This document shows, piece after piece, positions 1 through 9,425 of a stretch of 64,000 nt of DNA (position 1 is its first letter; the number at the start of each line of letters is the position of its first letter). The DNA is from an uncultured Rhodospirillaceae bacterium. GTDB lineage: Bacteria > Pseudomonadota > Alphaproteobacteria > Rhodospirillales > UBA2165. Under the pieces are notes generated by a model. The model made no database searches. It was not told the DNA's origin and saw nothing but the letters and a program-made list of their open reading frames with translations. The position numbers and the translations under genes are program-made. The stretch lies in assembly GCA_964611435.1 (NCBI GenBank), contig CAZSXT010000015.1, positions 2,116 to 66,115 on the forward strand, read 5' to 3'.

Positions 1-210
1 ACCTGGCGGCACGGCCGTGTTCCTGAACAGATCCGAGGCCTCGTCCTCGCCCAGGTTTATGGGCGGGGTGCACTCAAATGATTGGGGCGGAAAAACTCTC
101 AGGAAGAGGTTATTGGCGGCCGGATTGAAGAACTCGTCCGCCGTTTGGACTTCCCAGCAGAAATCCTTGAGGGAGACGATCCGGAAGGTGGCATAGTTGG
201 TAGACGCCAA
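1..210 (-). CDS. Partial ORF running off the left edge, unknown product
   Basis: Minus-strand frame open from TTG at 210 to position 1 (LASTNYATFRIVSLKDFCWEVQTADEFFNP...), with an in-frame stop just upstream. Not in the ORF track because it is truncated. Confidence 0.4.
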   Translation of the reverse strand, partial: MASTNYATFRIVSLKDFCWEVQTADEFFNPAANNLFLRVFPPQSFECTPPINLGEDEASDLFRNTAVPPG

Positions 211-264
211 AGTTCAAGTCCCGTCATTGTCGCGGCCACTATGGGCAAGTCCTTGAATTATAGC

Positions 265-338
265 AAGAAAAGGGGGTGCTGTGATCCTTATCGGGGGAAA
301 TCGGTTTGAAACACAAGCACCCCTAGTTCACCAGGAAA
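265..338 (-). ncRNA. Unit 3 of tandem suhB/MmgR-like structured RNA array (degenerate anti-SD motif)
   Basis: Minus strand TTTCCT-GGTGAACTA-GGGGTGCT-[35 nt]-AGCACCCC-CTTTTCTT. Same scaffold as units 1 and 2 but lacking CCCT. Confidence 0.5.
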
Positions 339-352
339 TTGGTTCTCCGAGG

Positions 353-447
353 AAAAAAATGGGGTGCGCGCGGTTTGGTAGTTGGCTGGCAGGCCCGCTC
401 CGCAACGCACCCCTAGTTCACCAGGGAGGAACCCGTTCTTTTCCTCC
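353..447 (-). ncRNA. Unit 2 of tandem suhB/MmgR-like structured RNA array
   Basis: Minus strand TTCCTCCCT-GGTGAACTA-GGGGTGCG-[37 nt]-CGCACCCC-ATTTTTTT. An upstream GGAGGAA can pair with TTCCTCC. Confidence 0.6.
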
Positions 448-462
448 GTCGTTTTTGCCGGC

Positions 463-545
463 AAAAAAATGGGGTACGCCGTACACAGCAATGAAAGGCT
501 GGTCTGTGCGTTGCCGTACCCCAAGTTCACCAGGGAGGAAAAGAA
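463..545 (-). ncRNA. Unit 1 of tandem suhB/MmgR-like structured RNA array; probably also the nrdJ terminator
   Basis: Minus strand TTTCCTCCCT-GGTGAACTT-GGGGTACG-[36 nt]-CGTACCCC-ATTTTTTT. The UUUCCUCCCU decamer followed by a hairpin and U-tract is the hallmark of alphaproteobacterial suhB/MmgR RNAs. Confidence 0.65.
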
Positions 546-561
546 TCTCTTTAAATTTCAT

Positions 562-3500
562 TTACGAACATCCGCTCGTCGCGCCGCAGGTCACGCACTT
601 CATGCAGGTGCCGTTTCTGACCAGCGTGAAGTTGCCGCACTCGCCGCAGGCGTCGCCTTCGTATCCTTTCATTTTCGCTTCTCGAACCGCATCCATGCGG
701 TTGTCTGTCGCCGCGGCCACATGCGCCTCGACCGAGACCGATTCCGTGATGCCGACCTCGACACTGGTCGGCGTTGCGACCATGGCTTCCGCCGACATGC
801 TTTCGCCCATGGCTTCTGACTTGCCGCCGTTAACGACCATCAGATTGCTCCGCATGTAGCCTTGGCTGGCGTAGCGTTCGACCCGATCCATTGCTTCGCT
901 GATGGCCTCGCTGACGGCTTCGTCGTCCTCATTGCCGCGGCCGACCGTATCCGGGGCCAGATCTTCCGGCTGGACATGGGCCAAGTCGTTGCGGCCCAGG
1001 TACGACACTGCCAACTCGCGGAAGATGTAATCCAGTATGGAGGTCGCCATCTTGATGGAATCGTTGCCTTCCACCATGCCGGACGGTTCGAACCGGGTGA
1101 AGGTGAAGGCCTCGACGAATTCTTCCAGCGGCACCCCATATTGCAGGGCGATTGAAATGGCGATGGCGAAGTTGTTCATCAATGAACGGAACGCAGCGCC
1201 TTCCTTATGCATATCGATGAAGATTTCGCCGGCTCGCCCGTCTTCGTATTCGCCGGTCCGCAGATAGACCTTGTGTCCACCAACCGTTGCCTTCTGGGTA
1301 TAACCCTTCCGGCGGTCGGGGAGGCGTAGGCGCTTGGCCATGTAGCGTTCCACCACCCGCTCGGCGATGAATTCGGCGCGAACGGCTGTCGGCGCGGCCG
1401 CGATTTCCTCGATCAGATCCTCATCCTCGTCATCCTCGATATCCTCCAGGAGTTGCGAATTGAGGGGCTGCGACAGTTTGGAACCGTCCCGATAGAGGGC
1501 GTTGGCTTTCAATCCTAGCTTCCAAGACAGCATGTAGGCGCTCATGCAATCTTCGACACTGGCGCTGTTGGGCATGTTGATCGTCTTGGAAATGGAGCCC
1601 GAGATAAACGGCTGCGAGGCCGCCAGCATCCTGATGTGGGAGTCTACCGACAGGAACCGTTTGCCATCCCGGCCACAGGGATTGGCGCAGTCAAATACCG
1701 GTAGATGCTCATCCCGCAGGTGCGGCGCGCCTTCCAGTGTCATGGCGCCGCAAACATAATTGTTGGCGGCGGCCACATCGGCCCTGGAGAACCCGAGCGA
1801 AGCCAGCATGTCGAACGAAATATCGTCCAGCTGATCATCAGTGAAGCCCAGGGTTTCCGTGCAGAAATCCGCGCCGAGGGTCCATTTGTTGAAGACAAAT
1901 TTGATGTCGAAAGCATCGCCCAAAGCGTTTTCCACAGTGGCGATGGCGTCGTCGTCAAAGCCCTTTTCCTTGAGCGTTTCGTGATTGATGGCGGGCGCGC
2001 CGGCCAAGGTGCCCAGACCAACCGCATAGTTGATCATGTCTTCGATCTGACCATCCTCGTAGCCCAGTTTTTTCAGGGCCATGGGCACGGTCTGGTTGAT
2101 GATCTTGAAGTAGCCGCCGCCGGCCAGTTTCTTGAACTTGACCAGGGCAAAGTCCGGCTCGATCCCGGTGGTGTCGCAATCCATGACCAGCCCGATCGTG
2201 CCGGTCGGCGCAATGACGGAAACTTGCGCGTTGCGGTAGCCATGCTTTTCACCTAGCGCGAGCGCCTCGTCCCAGGAGTTCCGGCCGGCGTCGATGATCG
2301 CATCACCGGCGCCGGAATCGATATTTGTCAGCGGCACCGGCAGAACCGAAAGCTGCTCGTAATCGGCTTCCTCGCCGTGGGCGGCGCGCCGATGGTTGCG
2401 GATCACCTTGAGCATGACGTCGGCGTTGTCATCATAACCGGGGAACGTGCCCAGAAGCTCGGCCATTTCCGCCGAGGTGCGGTAGCAAATGCCGGTCATC
2501 AGCGCGGTGATGGCGGCGCAAATAGTGCGGCCGTCTTCGCTGTCATAGGGGATGCCCATGGCCATCAGAAGCCCGCCGATATTGGCGTACCCTAGGCCCA
2601 GCGTACGATAGCGGTAGGACAGTTTGGCGATTTCCGCCGACGGGAACTGCGCCATCAGTACTGCGATTTCCAGGTTGATGGTCCACAGCCGCACCGCGTA
2701 GGAAAAGGCCTCGATGTCGAAAGAACCGTCCTCCAGTTGGAAGGCTTTCAGGTTCAACGACGCAAGATTGCAGGCCGTGTTGTCGAGGAACATGTATTCC
2801 GAGCACGGGTTCGACCCGTAAATTCGGTCTGTGTTCAGGCAGGTGTGCCAATCGTTGATGGTGGTGTCGAACTGAAGCCCTGGGTCAGCACAGGACCACG
2901 CGGCGTCGCCGATCTGACGCCAAAGCTCCCGGGCGTTGACCGACTTGGCAACTTCGCCGTCCGTGCGGCGGATCAGGTTCCATTCCTCGTCATTTTCCAC
3001 TGCGCGCAGGAAATCATCGGTCACCCGCACTGTATTGTTGGAATTTTGGCCGGACACCGTGAGATAGGCATCGGAATCCCAGTCCGTGTTGTAGGTTGGG
3101 AATTCGATCTCGGTGAAGCCTTGGCGGGCATAGTCAATGCAGCGCTGGATATAGTTTTCCGGCAGCATGACCTTGCGGGCGCGGATAATCGCCTTTTTCA
3201 GCCGCTTATTCTTCTTCGGATCAAACCGGTCTTCGGCATCGGCGTCGTGACAGGCTTCCATGACCTCGTTTAGATGTTTTTCGGCCAATTTGGAACCCGC
3301 GACCAAGGCCGCCACCTTCTGTTCTTCGGTTACTTTCCAGTTGATAAAGGTCTCGATGTCCGGGTGGTCGGCATCCAGGATGACCATTTTGGCCGCCCGG
3401 CGGGTGGTGCCGCCGGATTTGATGGCGCCGGCGGCGCGATCACCGATTTTGAGGAAGCTCATTACGCCGGAGGACTTGCCGCCGCCGGATAGAGGTTCAT

Positions 3501-4224
3501 TTTCACCCCGCAGTTGGGAGAAATTAGTGCCCGTACCGGAGCCGTACTTGAAAAGGCGGGCCTCTCGGACCCACAGGTCCATGATGCCGCCCTCGTTGAC
3601 CAAATCGTCCGAGATGCTCTGAATAAAGCAGGCATGGGGTTGCGGGTGTTCGTATGCCGATTTTGATTTCACCAGCTTGCCTGTCTCGAAATCCACATAG
3701 TGATGCCCTTGGGAGGGGCCATCGATGCCATAGGCCCAGTGCAGGCCGGTGTTGAACCACTGCGGCGAATTCGGCGCGCACATCTGCAGGCAGAGCATGA
3801 GGCTCATTTCATCGTAATAGGCGCGAGCGTCGGATTCGGCGTCAAAATAGCCGCCCTTCCAACCCCAATAGGTCCAGCAGCCGGCCAAACGATTAAAGAC
3901 TTCCTTCGCGGACGTTTCACCCCGGAAGCGCTCTTCTTCGGGTAATTTCTTGAGGGCGGCCTCGTCCGGCACGCTGCGCCAGAGCCAGGACGGCACATCG
4001 TTCTCTTCCACCTTTTTCAGGCGGGCAGGGACGCCCGCTTTGCGAAAATATTTCTGCGCGAGAACGTCACAAGCGACCTGAGACCAGGACGATGGGACTT
4101 CAATGGCATCGTGTTTAAAGACAAGAGAGCCGTCCGGATTCCGGATTTCGCTTGAGGCTTCCCGAAATTCTGTATCCCCGTAGGCGCCCGACTCCTCAGT
4201 GGTAAAGTAACGCTGTACTCGCAT
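562..4224 (-). CDS. nrdJ: Vitamin B12-dependent (class II) ribonucleotide reductase
   Basis: 1220 aa. Motifs [26 protein letters not shown] (radical Cys), IAPTGTIG, C-terminal TSCPD region and CGECG...[11 protein letters not shown] tail. Confidence 0.97.
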   Translation of the reverse strand: MRVQRYFTTEESGAYGDTEFREASSEIRNPDGSLVFKHDAIEVPSSWSQVACDVLAQKYFRKAGVPARLKKVEENDVPSWLWRSVPDEAALKKLPEEERFRGETSAKEVFNRLAGCWTYWGWKGGYFDAESDARAYYDEMSLMLCLQMCAPNSPQWFNTGLHWAYGIDGPSQGHHYVDFETGKLVKSKSAYEHPQPHACFIQSISDDLVNEGGIMDLWVREARLFKYGSGTGTNFSQLRGENEPLSGGGKSSGVMSFLKIGDRAAGAIKSGGTTRRAAKMVILDADHPDIETFINWKVTEEQKVAALVAGSKLAEKHLNEVMEACHDADAEDRFDPKKNKRLKKAIIRARKVMLPENYIQRCIDYARQGFTEIEFPTYNTDWDSDAYLTVSGQNSNNTVRVTDDFLRAVENDEEWNLIRRTDGEVAKSVNARELWRQIGDAAWSCADPGLQFDTTINDWHTCLNTDRIYGSNPCSEYMFLDNTACNLASLNLKAFQLEDGSFDIEAFSYAVRLWTINLEIAVLMAQFPSAEIAKLSYRYRTLGLGYANIGGLLMAMGIPYDSEDGRTICAAITALMTGICYRTSAEMAELLGTFPGYDDNADVMLKVIRNHRRAAHGEEADYEQLSVLPVPLTNIDSGAGDAIIDAGRNSWDEALALGEKHGYRNAQVSVIAPTGTIGLVMDCDTTGIEPDFALVKFKKLAGGGYFKIINQTVPMALKKLGYEDGQIEDMINYAVGLGTLAGAPAINHETLKEKGFDDDAIATVENALGDAFDIKFVFNKWTLGADFCTETLGFTDDQLDDISFDMLASLGFSRADVAAANNYVCGAMTLEGAPHLRDEHLPVFDCANPCGRDGKRFLSVDSHIRMLAASQPFISGSISKTINMPNSASVEDCMSAYMLSWKLGLKANALYRDGSKLSQPLNSQLLEDIEDDEDEDLIEEIAAAPTAVRAEFIAERVVERYMAKRLRLPDRRKGYTQKATVGGHKVYLRTGEYEDGRAGEIFIDMHKEGAAFRSLMNNFAIAISIALQYGVPLEEFVEAFTFTRFEPSGMVEGNDSIKMATSILDYIFRELAVSYLGRNDLAHVQPEDLAPDTVGRGNEDDEAVSEAISEAMDRVERYASQGYMRSNLMVVNGGKSEAMGESMSAEAMVATPTSVEVGITESVSVEAHVAAATDNRMDAVREAKMKGYEGDACGECGNFTLVRNGTCMKCVTCGATSGCS

Positions 4225-4321
4225 GTAGTCCCCCGAATTTTCACTCCCGGCAAACCAACTGGTCGGAATTTCCCGTTTCCCCCAGTCTCCCAGGCCGGCA
4301 TATTGGTGTTCATCGCCCCCG

Positions 4322-4438
4322 TCACAACATTTTGTCAGTTGCGACTTCGGACGCGCTATATGTAGCGCTGATCGAAATTTGAGTCAAAGAGAAACAAGAT
4401 ATTGGGGCAGATCGAAATAATATTGCCAAATATTGTAG
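4322..4438. promoter_or_regulatory. Four NrdR boxes upstream of nrdJ (starting 4322, 4353, 4392, 4423)
   Basis: 16-mers tcaCaAcATtTtGtca, gcgCtAtATgTaGcgc, aaaCaAgATaTtGggg and ttgCcAaATaTtGtag all keep the C-A-AT-T-G core of acaCwAtATaTwGtg. They form two pairs, each spaced 31 bp. Confidence 0.8.
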
Positions 4439-4482
4439 GCATTTGAACGATTTACCCGACGCCACCTGATGGGAAGTCTTCC

Positions 4483-4491
4483 TGTGGATAA
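4483..4491 (-). promoter_or_regulatory. Perfect DnaA box upstream of nrdJ
   Basis: TGTGGATAA is the reverse complement of TTATCCACA and lies in the nrdJ upstream intergenic region. Confidence 0.55.
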
Positions 4492-4592
4492 CTTTTTTGT
4501 TTCGTTACAAATAGTTATGGGACTTAGGCGGCAAATTGCCTTAGGAATAAAATGTACCCCGTGCTCTCGATTAAAATACGATTCGCCTTTGA

Positions 4593-6125
4593 TTACTGGG
4601 CTTTTTGGACAATCATGTCGGCGATTCTTCCCACAACTCCTGCCCAATCTCCGGGTGAATCCTGCCGGAACATTTGCACCGTGGGATACCAGGGGGCAAT
4701 GCCGTGTCCATCACCCCAGCGCCAGTCCGCTGCGTAACAGAGCGCCACGCATGTTGGCTTCCCAAGCCCGCCGGCTAGATGCGCCACGGCCGTGTCCACG
4801 GAGACAATGAAGTCCATCGCCTGGATGAGCCGGGCGGTATCGGTAAAATCCTTGATTTGAGGGGAGAGATCATCAAACCCGTCGGGGCAGTCATCGGCGC
4901 TCGGCCCGGTTTGGAGACTATAAACCTGAACCCCGTCCAACCGGGCGAGGCGGGTGAGGTCCTCAGGCCTGCAGGAGCGATTACGATACGGATCCAAAAT
5001 GTCTCTCGACCGGCCCGCCCAAACTACACCGATCTTGAATCCCTCCGTGGCCAGGACGGCCTTATCGGGCGGCACATTTATATAGGGAGTCTTTTGTGGG
5101 ATCGCGGCAGGCTCTGTCCGCAACAGCTTGGGTAGACTAAGCAGCGGCGCCTGGCAGTCGTGCGCCGGAAGACCTGTATCAAGGGAGACAGCGTCATCCA
5201 CGCCGTCTGCCCATGATAACAAGTCAACCAATTCGGTTTGGCAGGACAAGAGCACCCGGCCGCCGGCTTTCTTGATCACGCTTGCAAAGCGCACAAATTG
5301 GATGGTGTCGCCGTAGCCTTGCTCGCCGTGGAGGAGAAGGGTGCGGCCATCTAGGGGAGTTCCATCCCAAACGGGGCCTTCAAGCGCGCGCTTGGTCAGG
5401 TGGTTGGATGGATTTTTCCAGCGCCACTCATACTCCGCCCATCCTTGCTGCCAATCACCGGTATGGAGGAGTGTCATGGCTAAGTTCTCGTGGGCCTCGG
5501 CAAAATCGGGGGAGGCGCTGATGGCGTGGCGAAAGCTCTCAGCTGCCTTGGGCCACTTCCGCCGGATATAATGGGCAATGCCGGCCGCGTTGTGCGCCGC
5601 TGCTAAATCGGGGGCGGTAGAAACGGCCAGGCCCGCCGCCTCGCCAGCCTCCACAGGTTTCCCCACACCCAAATAGGCATTGGCCAGATTGACCAACAGG
5701 CCGCGGTCGCCGGAAAATCTCTCCCGTGCCGGTTCCAGCAGCGCCACCGCTTGATCAGGCCGGTCCATGGCGTTTAGCAAGCGGCCCAGGTTCACCAATG
5801 ACGGCAGGTGAGCGGGGTTGAGGGCCAGGCATTGCCGGTACAGATTCATTGCCGCCTCTGCTTCGCCGGTAGCTTCCAAGTGTTGCCCTAGGGCGGACAG
5901 GATCGTTGGGTTTTCAGGCGCCAGTTCCACCGCGATTCGGGATTGCGCCAGCGCTTCTTTCGCTTCGCCAAGCCGGTTCAACAGGAGGGCGTAGTTGTGG
6001 TGCGCCTCGGCTATGCCGGGGAACTTGGCCAAATCCGCCTTGTACGCCTTGGCTGCGGCGGGCAGGTCGCCTCGTTTTTCGAGTTCCTGGGCGTCCGCGA
6101 AAGGTGGTTTGGAGTTGTCCGGCAT
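4593..6125 (-). CDS. TPR-repeat protein with C-terminal glycosyltransferase (GT9-like) domain
   Basis: N-terminal TPR repeats, then GWAEYEWRW, LLHGEQGYGDTIQFVRF and VSVDTAVAHLAGGLGKP...DWRW. Start taken at ATG 6125 (the ORF track starts at GTG 6167). Confidence 0.85.
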   Translation of the reverse strand: MPDNSKPPFADAQELEKRGDLPAAAKAYKADLAKFPGIAEAHHNYALLLNRLGEAKEALAQSRIAVELAPENPTILSALGQHLEATGEAEAAMNLYRQCLALNPAHLPSLVNLGRLLNAMDRPDQAVALLEPARERFSGDRGLLVNLANAYLGVGKPVEAGEAAGLAVSTAPDLAAAHNAAGIAHYIRRKWPKAAESFRHAISASPDFAEAHENLAMTLLHTGDWQQGWAEYEWRWKNPSNHLTKRALEGPVWDGTPLDGRTLLLHGEQGYGDTIQFVRFASVIKKAGGRVLLSCQTELVDLLSWADGVDDAVSLDTGLPAHDCQAPLLSLPKLLRTEPAAIPQKTPYINVPPDKAVLATEGFKIGVVWAGRSRDILDPYRNRSCRPEDLTRLARLDGVQVYSLQTGPSADDCPDGFDDLSPQIKDFTDTARLIQAMDFIVSVDTAVAHLAGGLGKPTCVALCYAADWRWGDGHGIAPWYPTVQMFRQDSPGDWAGVVGRIADMIVQKAQ

Positions 6126-6166
6126 GAGATGCGTGCTTACTTCTCTTTGATGTAGCGGTCGTTTCA

Positions 6167-6438
6167 CTAGGGTCCGGCCTCTTTATTGTCATCCATTGCG
6201 CGGCAGTCAGTTTTGCCGGTGACAAGAAGCCAAGTCGCAGGAATATCCCATATATTTAAAGGCTTGGCGACGCCGTCGCCGGCAAAAGAGACGCCGCCCT
6301 TTAGGTTCGCGGGAAAGCTCCCCTCTGAATCGAAAACAATGCTCGAATATGCGCCAGCATGTCCTTGCGCTTGTTTTCTCGCAGCCGTAACCTTTCGCTC
6401 GAACGCAATTGTATGAGAATAAAAGGTCCGGACCCTAG
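6167..6438. mobile_element. 272-bp MITE-like palindromic element, copy A
   Basis: Bounded by CTAG at both ends. Terminal inverted repeats ctagggtccggcctctttatt / aataaaaggtccggaccctag. Near-identical inverted copy at 9426-9697. Confidence 0.85.
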
Positions 6439-6512
6439 ACCTCGGAAACGGCAAGTGCCATATTCCCCCTAATACTTCAATCGTGGCCGCCTGCGAAGCG
6501 AGACATTTTAAC

Positions 6513-6869
6513 ATGAGCCTAGGTACCAAGATTTATACATTGTTTAACGGCGAACAGGTCGGGCAAGACGTGTTCGGCAATCGTTATTACCGGGGCAAGG
6601 GCAAAAAGCTTAACGGACGGGAACGCCGGTGGGTTGTCTACAAGGGCATTGTCGAGGCCTCGAAAGTGCCGCCGGAGTGGCATGCATGGCTCCACTACAC
6701 GGTGGACGAACCGCTGATAGAACAAGTCACCAAGGCCAAAGACTGGCAACAGCAGCATCAGCCAAACTTGACCGGCACCGCCGGCGCCTATCGTCCCGCG
6801 GGGCACCAACTCGAAGGCGGGGTGCGCGCCAAGGCGACTGGTGATTACGAGGCTTGGACCCCAGAATAA
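6513..6869 (+). CDS. NADH:ubiquinone oxidoreductase subunit NDUFA12 (17.2 kDa) family
   Basis: VGQDVFGNRYY, RRWVVY, EASKVPPEWHAWLH, PNLTGT, GDYEAWTPE. ATG at 6513. Confidence 0.93.
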   Translation: MSLGTKIYTLFNGEQVGQDVFGNRYYRGKGKKLNGRERRWVVYKGIVEASKVPPEWHAWLHYTVDEPLIEQVTKAKDWQQQHQPNLTGTAGAYRPAGHQLEGGVRAKATGDYEAWTPE

Positions 6870-6894
6870 GCCGCCGGCGCGAGGATAGCTCTCC

Positions 6895-7377
6895 ATGAAT
6901 GAGGATGCCAAAGCGATCACAACGGGACTAGTTACCCTGGTCGTCCTTGTTTTGATCGGCTCGTTTTCGTTCAGGACGGATAAGGTCAATGCCGCCGAAT
7001 ACACCGAAATTAACGCGACGTTCGGCAAGATCGACGGGTTGTCCGTTGGTGATGAGGTCCGGATGAGCGGCATCAAGATTGGCGAGGTGTCGAAGGTCAC
7101 GTTGACTGATCAGTATCAGGCCCGGGTCCGTTTCAAGCTGGATACGGGAATCCAAATCCCCAGGGACACGTCAGTCGCCATTCATACCGAGAGTATATTC
7201 GGCTCGAAGCACGTGATCTTCAGTCCCGGCGCCGAGGAAAACTACATGAAATCTGGCGATTCCTTTGATTTTGCCCAATCGTCGGTGGACGTGCAGGAAA
7301 TCATGGATCTGATCATCGGTCAGGCCAAGGCCAACCGGGATAAAATTCAAAAACAGCTCGAAGCTTTAAAGAAGTAG
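6895..7377 (+). CDS. mlaD: MCE/MlaD family protein
   Basis: N-terminal TM helix, ATFGKIDGLSVGDEVRMSGIKIGEV MCE motif. Confidence 0.88.
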   Translation: MNEDAKAITTGLVTLVVLVLIGSFSFRTDKVNAAEYTEINATFGKIDGLSVGDEVRMSGIKIGEVSKVTLTDQYQARVRFKLDTGIQIPRDTSVAIHTESIFGSKHVIFSPGAEENYMKSGDSFDFAQSSVDVQEIMDLIIGQAKANRDKIQKQLEALKK

Positions 7378-7410
7378 CCGGCAGGGTCCGGTCAGTCTGG
7401 AGAGGCAGTC

Positions 7411-7860
7411 ATGCGGAAAAATGTTGCGGAAACCATCATGGGGGCGGTCGTGCTGATTGTCGCTGGCGCGTTTCTCTATTTCTTTGTGACAACGGCGCAA
7501 ATTCAGACAGTTCAGGGATACACTGTGAAGGCGTTGTTCGCGAATATTGGCGGATTGCAGGCGGGAAGCGATGTCCGCATCAACGGAATCAAGGTTGGCT
7601 CCGTCACCGAGCGGATTATCAACGAGGATTACGACGCGGTTGTGACGTTGAAAATTTCCGGTGAGGTGAAAATTCCTAAAAACTCCGTCGCGGCGATCGG
7701 CAGCGGCGGCTTCATCAGTGGGCCGCATATCGCAATCAAACCGGGCAACGTCAAAGAGTATCTGGCGGATGGAGACAGGTTGGCCAAGACCGAAGACTTC
7801 AAATCACTGGAAGATCAGGTGGGCGAAGTGATCTTCCTGGCGACCGGCGGCAACAAATAA
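7411..7860 (+). CDS. mlaD: Outer membrane lipid asymmetry maintenance protein MlaD
   Basis: ETIMGAVVL TM segment, ALFANIGGLQAGSDVRINGIKVGSV MCE motif. Confidence 0.9.
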   Translation: MRKNVAETIMGAVVLIVAGAFLYFFVTTAQIQTVQGYTVKALFANIGGLQAGSDVRINGIKVGSVTERIINEDYDAVVTLKISGEVKIPKNSVAAIGSGGFISGPHIAIKPGNVKEYLADGDRLAKTEDFKSLEDQVGEVIFLATGGNK

Positions 7861-7891
7861 TTTCCGCAATTTCATCCTAAATAGCGGCCTC

Positions 7892-8317
7892 ATGAAACTT
7901 TGCTTATTCATGAAACGTATCGCTGTCGTTTGTCCGATGGCCGGCGCGATACTCCTGCCAATTCAGGCGAGCGCAGAGGCATACGATACCGCGGTCTTGC
8001 AGACGCTGGACAAAGTGACCGCGCGGGTGTCCACATTTGACGCGCCGGTGGGTCAAACGGTGCGCTTTGGAACGTTGGCGATCATCGCGCGGACGTGCGA
8101 CAAGCGTCCACCGGAAGAGCAACCCGAAAGCGCGGCATTTTTGGATATCGCCGAGGTCAGACCCGGCGAGCCGACAGTCAGTGTTTTTCGAGGGTGGATG
8201 TTTGCGTCCAGCCCGGCGCTCTCCGCCATGGAACACCCGGTCTACGATGTTTGGGTTTTAGACTGTATCAGCTCTACCAGTGAATCCGCATCGCCGGAGC
8301 CCGGCAAATCTGATTGA
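7892..8317 (+). CDS. DUF2155 family exported protein
   Basis: [34 protein letters not shown]. Usual neighbour of mlaD and aat in Alphaproteobacteria. Confidence 0.88.
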   Translation: MKLCLFMKRIAVVCPMAGAILLPIQASAEAYDTAVLQTLDKVTARVSTFDAPVGQTVRFGTLAIIARTCDKRPPEEQPESAAFLDIAEVRPGEPTVSVFRGWMFASSPALSAMEHPVYDVWVLDCISSTSESASPEPGKSD

Positions 8318-8931
8318 AAATGCGCGTCTACAATGAGGGCGTGATCCAACATCAGATGGTATTCTTCCCGGGGCACCTCGATGGCGCCGAGGGTTGTCAG
8401 GTGGTCGGTCACGAATTGTGTGTCCAACAGCACAAAGCCGCAGCGTTTCAAATGCGCCACCAGGTGAACCAGGGCGACTTTGCTGGCGTCCCGATCCCGA
8501 TGAAACATACTTTCACCGAAGAATCCGCCCTTCAGTGAAACGCCATAAAGCCCGCCGGCCAATTTTCCGTCCCGCCAGCATTCCACCGAATGGACATGTC
8601 CCATCATATAGAGCTGAGTATAGAGGCGGATGATCTCGTCATTGATCCAGGTTTCCTGGCGGCCACTGCCTTCTGCGGCGCAGGCTTCAATTACTTGTTT
8701 GAAATCATGGTTGAAACGCACCTCGAAGGGTGCGCGCTTCAGGGTCTTTTTCAGGCTTTTGGATATATGCAGTCCGTCCAAGGGAATAATGCCCCGCATC
8801 TCCGGATCGACCCAGAAGAGCTCTTTATCGTGGCGGTTCTCGGCCATGGGAAAAATGCCCGAGGCATAGGCCCGGAGAAGAATTTCCGGCGTTAACTTGA
8901 ATCGATCTTCGGACTGTCCGGGTTCGGTCAT
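8242..8931 (-). CDS. aat: Leucyl/phenylalanyl-tRNA--protein transferase
   Basis: [49 protein letters not shown]. Overlaps the DUF2155 3' end by 76 bp. Confidence 0.96.
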   Translation of the reverse strand: MTEPGQSEDRFKLTPEILLRAYASGIFPMAENRHDKELFWVDPEMRGIIPLDGLHISKSLKKTLKRAPFEVRFNHDFKQVIEACAAEGSGRQETWINDEIIRLYTQLYMMGHVHSVECWRDGKLAGGLYGVSLKGGFFGESMFHRDRDASKVALVHLVAHLKRCGFVLLDTQFVTDHLTTLGAIEVPREEYHLMLDHALIVDAHFQSDLPGSGDADSLVELIQSKTQTS

Positions 8932-8936
8932 TCGTC

Positions 8937-9374
8937 TTAGTTGGTCAGTTTCGCCGCTGCGCGCAAGGCAAATTCATAGCCCTGGCTGCCGAAGCCACAA
9001 ATCACGCCTTTGGCCACGCTCGATATATAGGAATGATGGCGGAACTCTTCCCGCTGAAAAACATTGGAGAGATGAACCTCAATCACCGGTATCCCGCACG
9101 CCAAGAGCGCGTCGTGGATCGCTACCGAGGTGTGGGTGTACGCGCCCGCGTTCAGAATGATGGCGCTCTGGCTGCCGCCAGCCTGTTGAATCCAATCAAC
9201 GATCTCGCCTTCGGTGTTGCTCTGGCGGAAATCGAGCTCAAGGCCGAGTTCGCCGGCCAAGGTCCGGCATTTGGCCTCAATATCGGCCAGGGTCTCCGAG
9301 CCGTAGATTTCAGGCTCCCGCGTGCCCAGCATGTTGAGGTTGGGGCCGTTGATGATCGTTACGCTATGTGACAT
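8937..9374 (-). CDS. aroQ: Type II 3-dehydroquinate dehydratase
   Basis: [54 protein letters not shown]. Confidence 0.97.
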   Translation of the reverse strand: MSHSVTIINGPNLNMLGTREPEIYGSETLADIEAKCRTLAGELGLELDFRQSNTEGEIVDWIQQAGGSQSAIILNAGAYTHTSVAIHDALLACGIPVIEVHLSNVFQREEFRHHSYISSVAKGVICGFGSQGYEFALRAAAKLTN

Positions 9375-9425
9375 GTGTCGCTTTCCTTGATGAGGCGGTT
9401 ATACCAGCCCAAGACCGAAAGTATC

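Noticed and set aside
265-545. CRISPR array
   Set aside because: Only three units. The conserved parts pair across the variable segment and end in U-tracts, the linkers between units differ in length, and no cas gene is present. It fits a terminator-ended sRNA array better.
562-4224. Intein or intron in nrdJ
   Set aside because: No intein splice-junction or LAGLIDADG motifs seen. About 1220 aa is ordinary for alphaproteobacterial NrdJ.
4225-4592. Cobalamin riboswitch upstream of nrdJ
   Set aside because: No convincing B12-box or other conserved riboswitch elements in the correct order. The region is explained by NrdR and DnaA sites.
6895-7860. Tandem mlaD pair as a novel system
   Set aside because: MlaD next to NDUFA12 and DUF2155 is a common alphaproteobacterial arrangement, and the duplication alone adds little.
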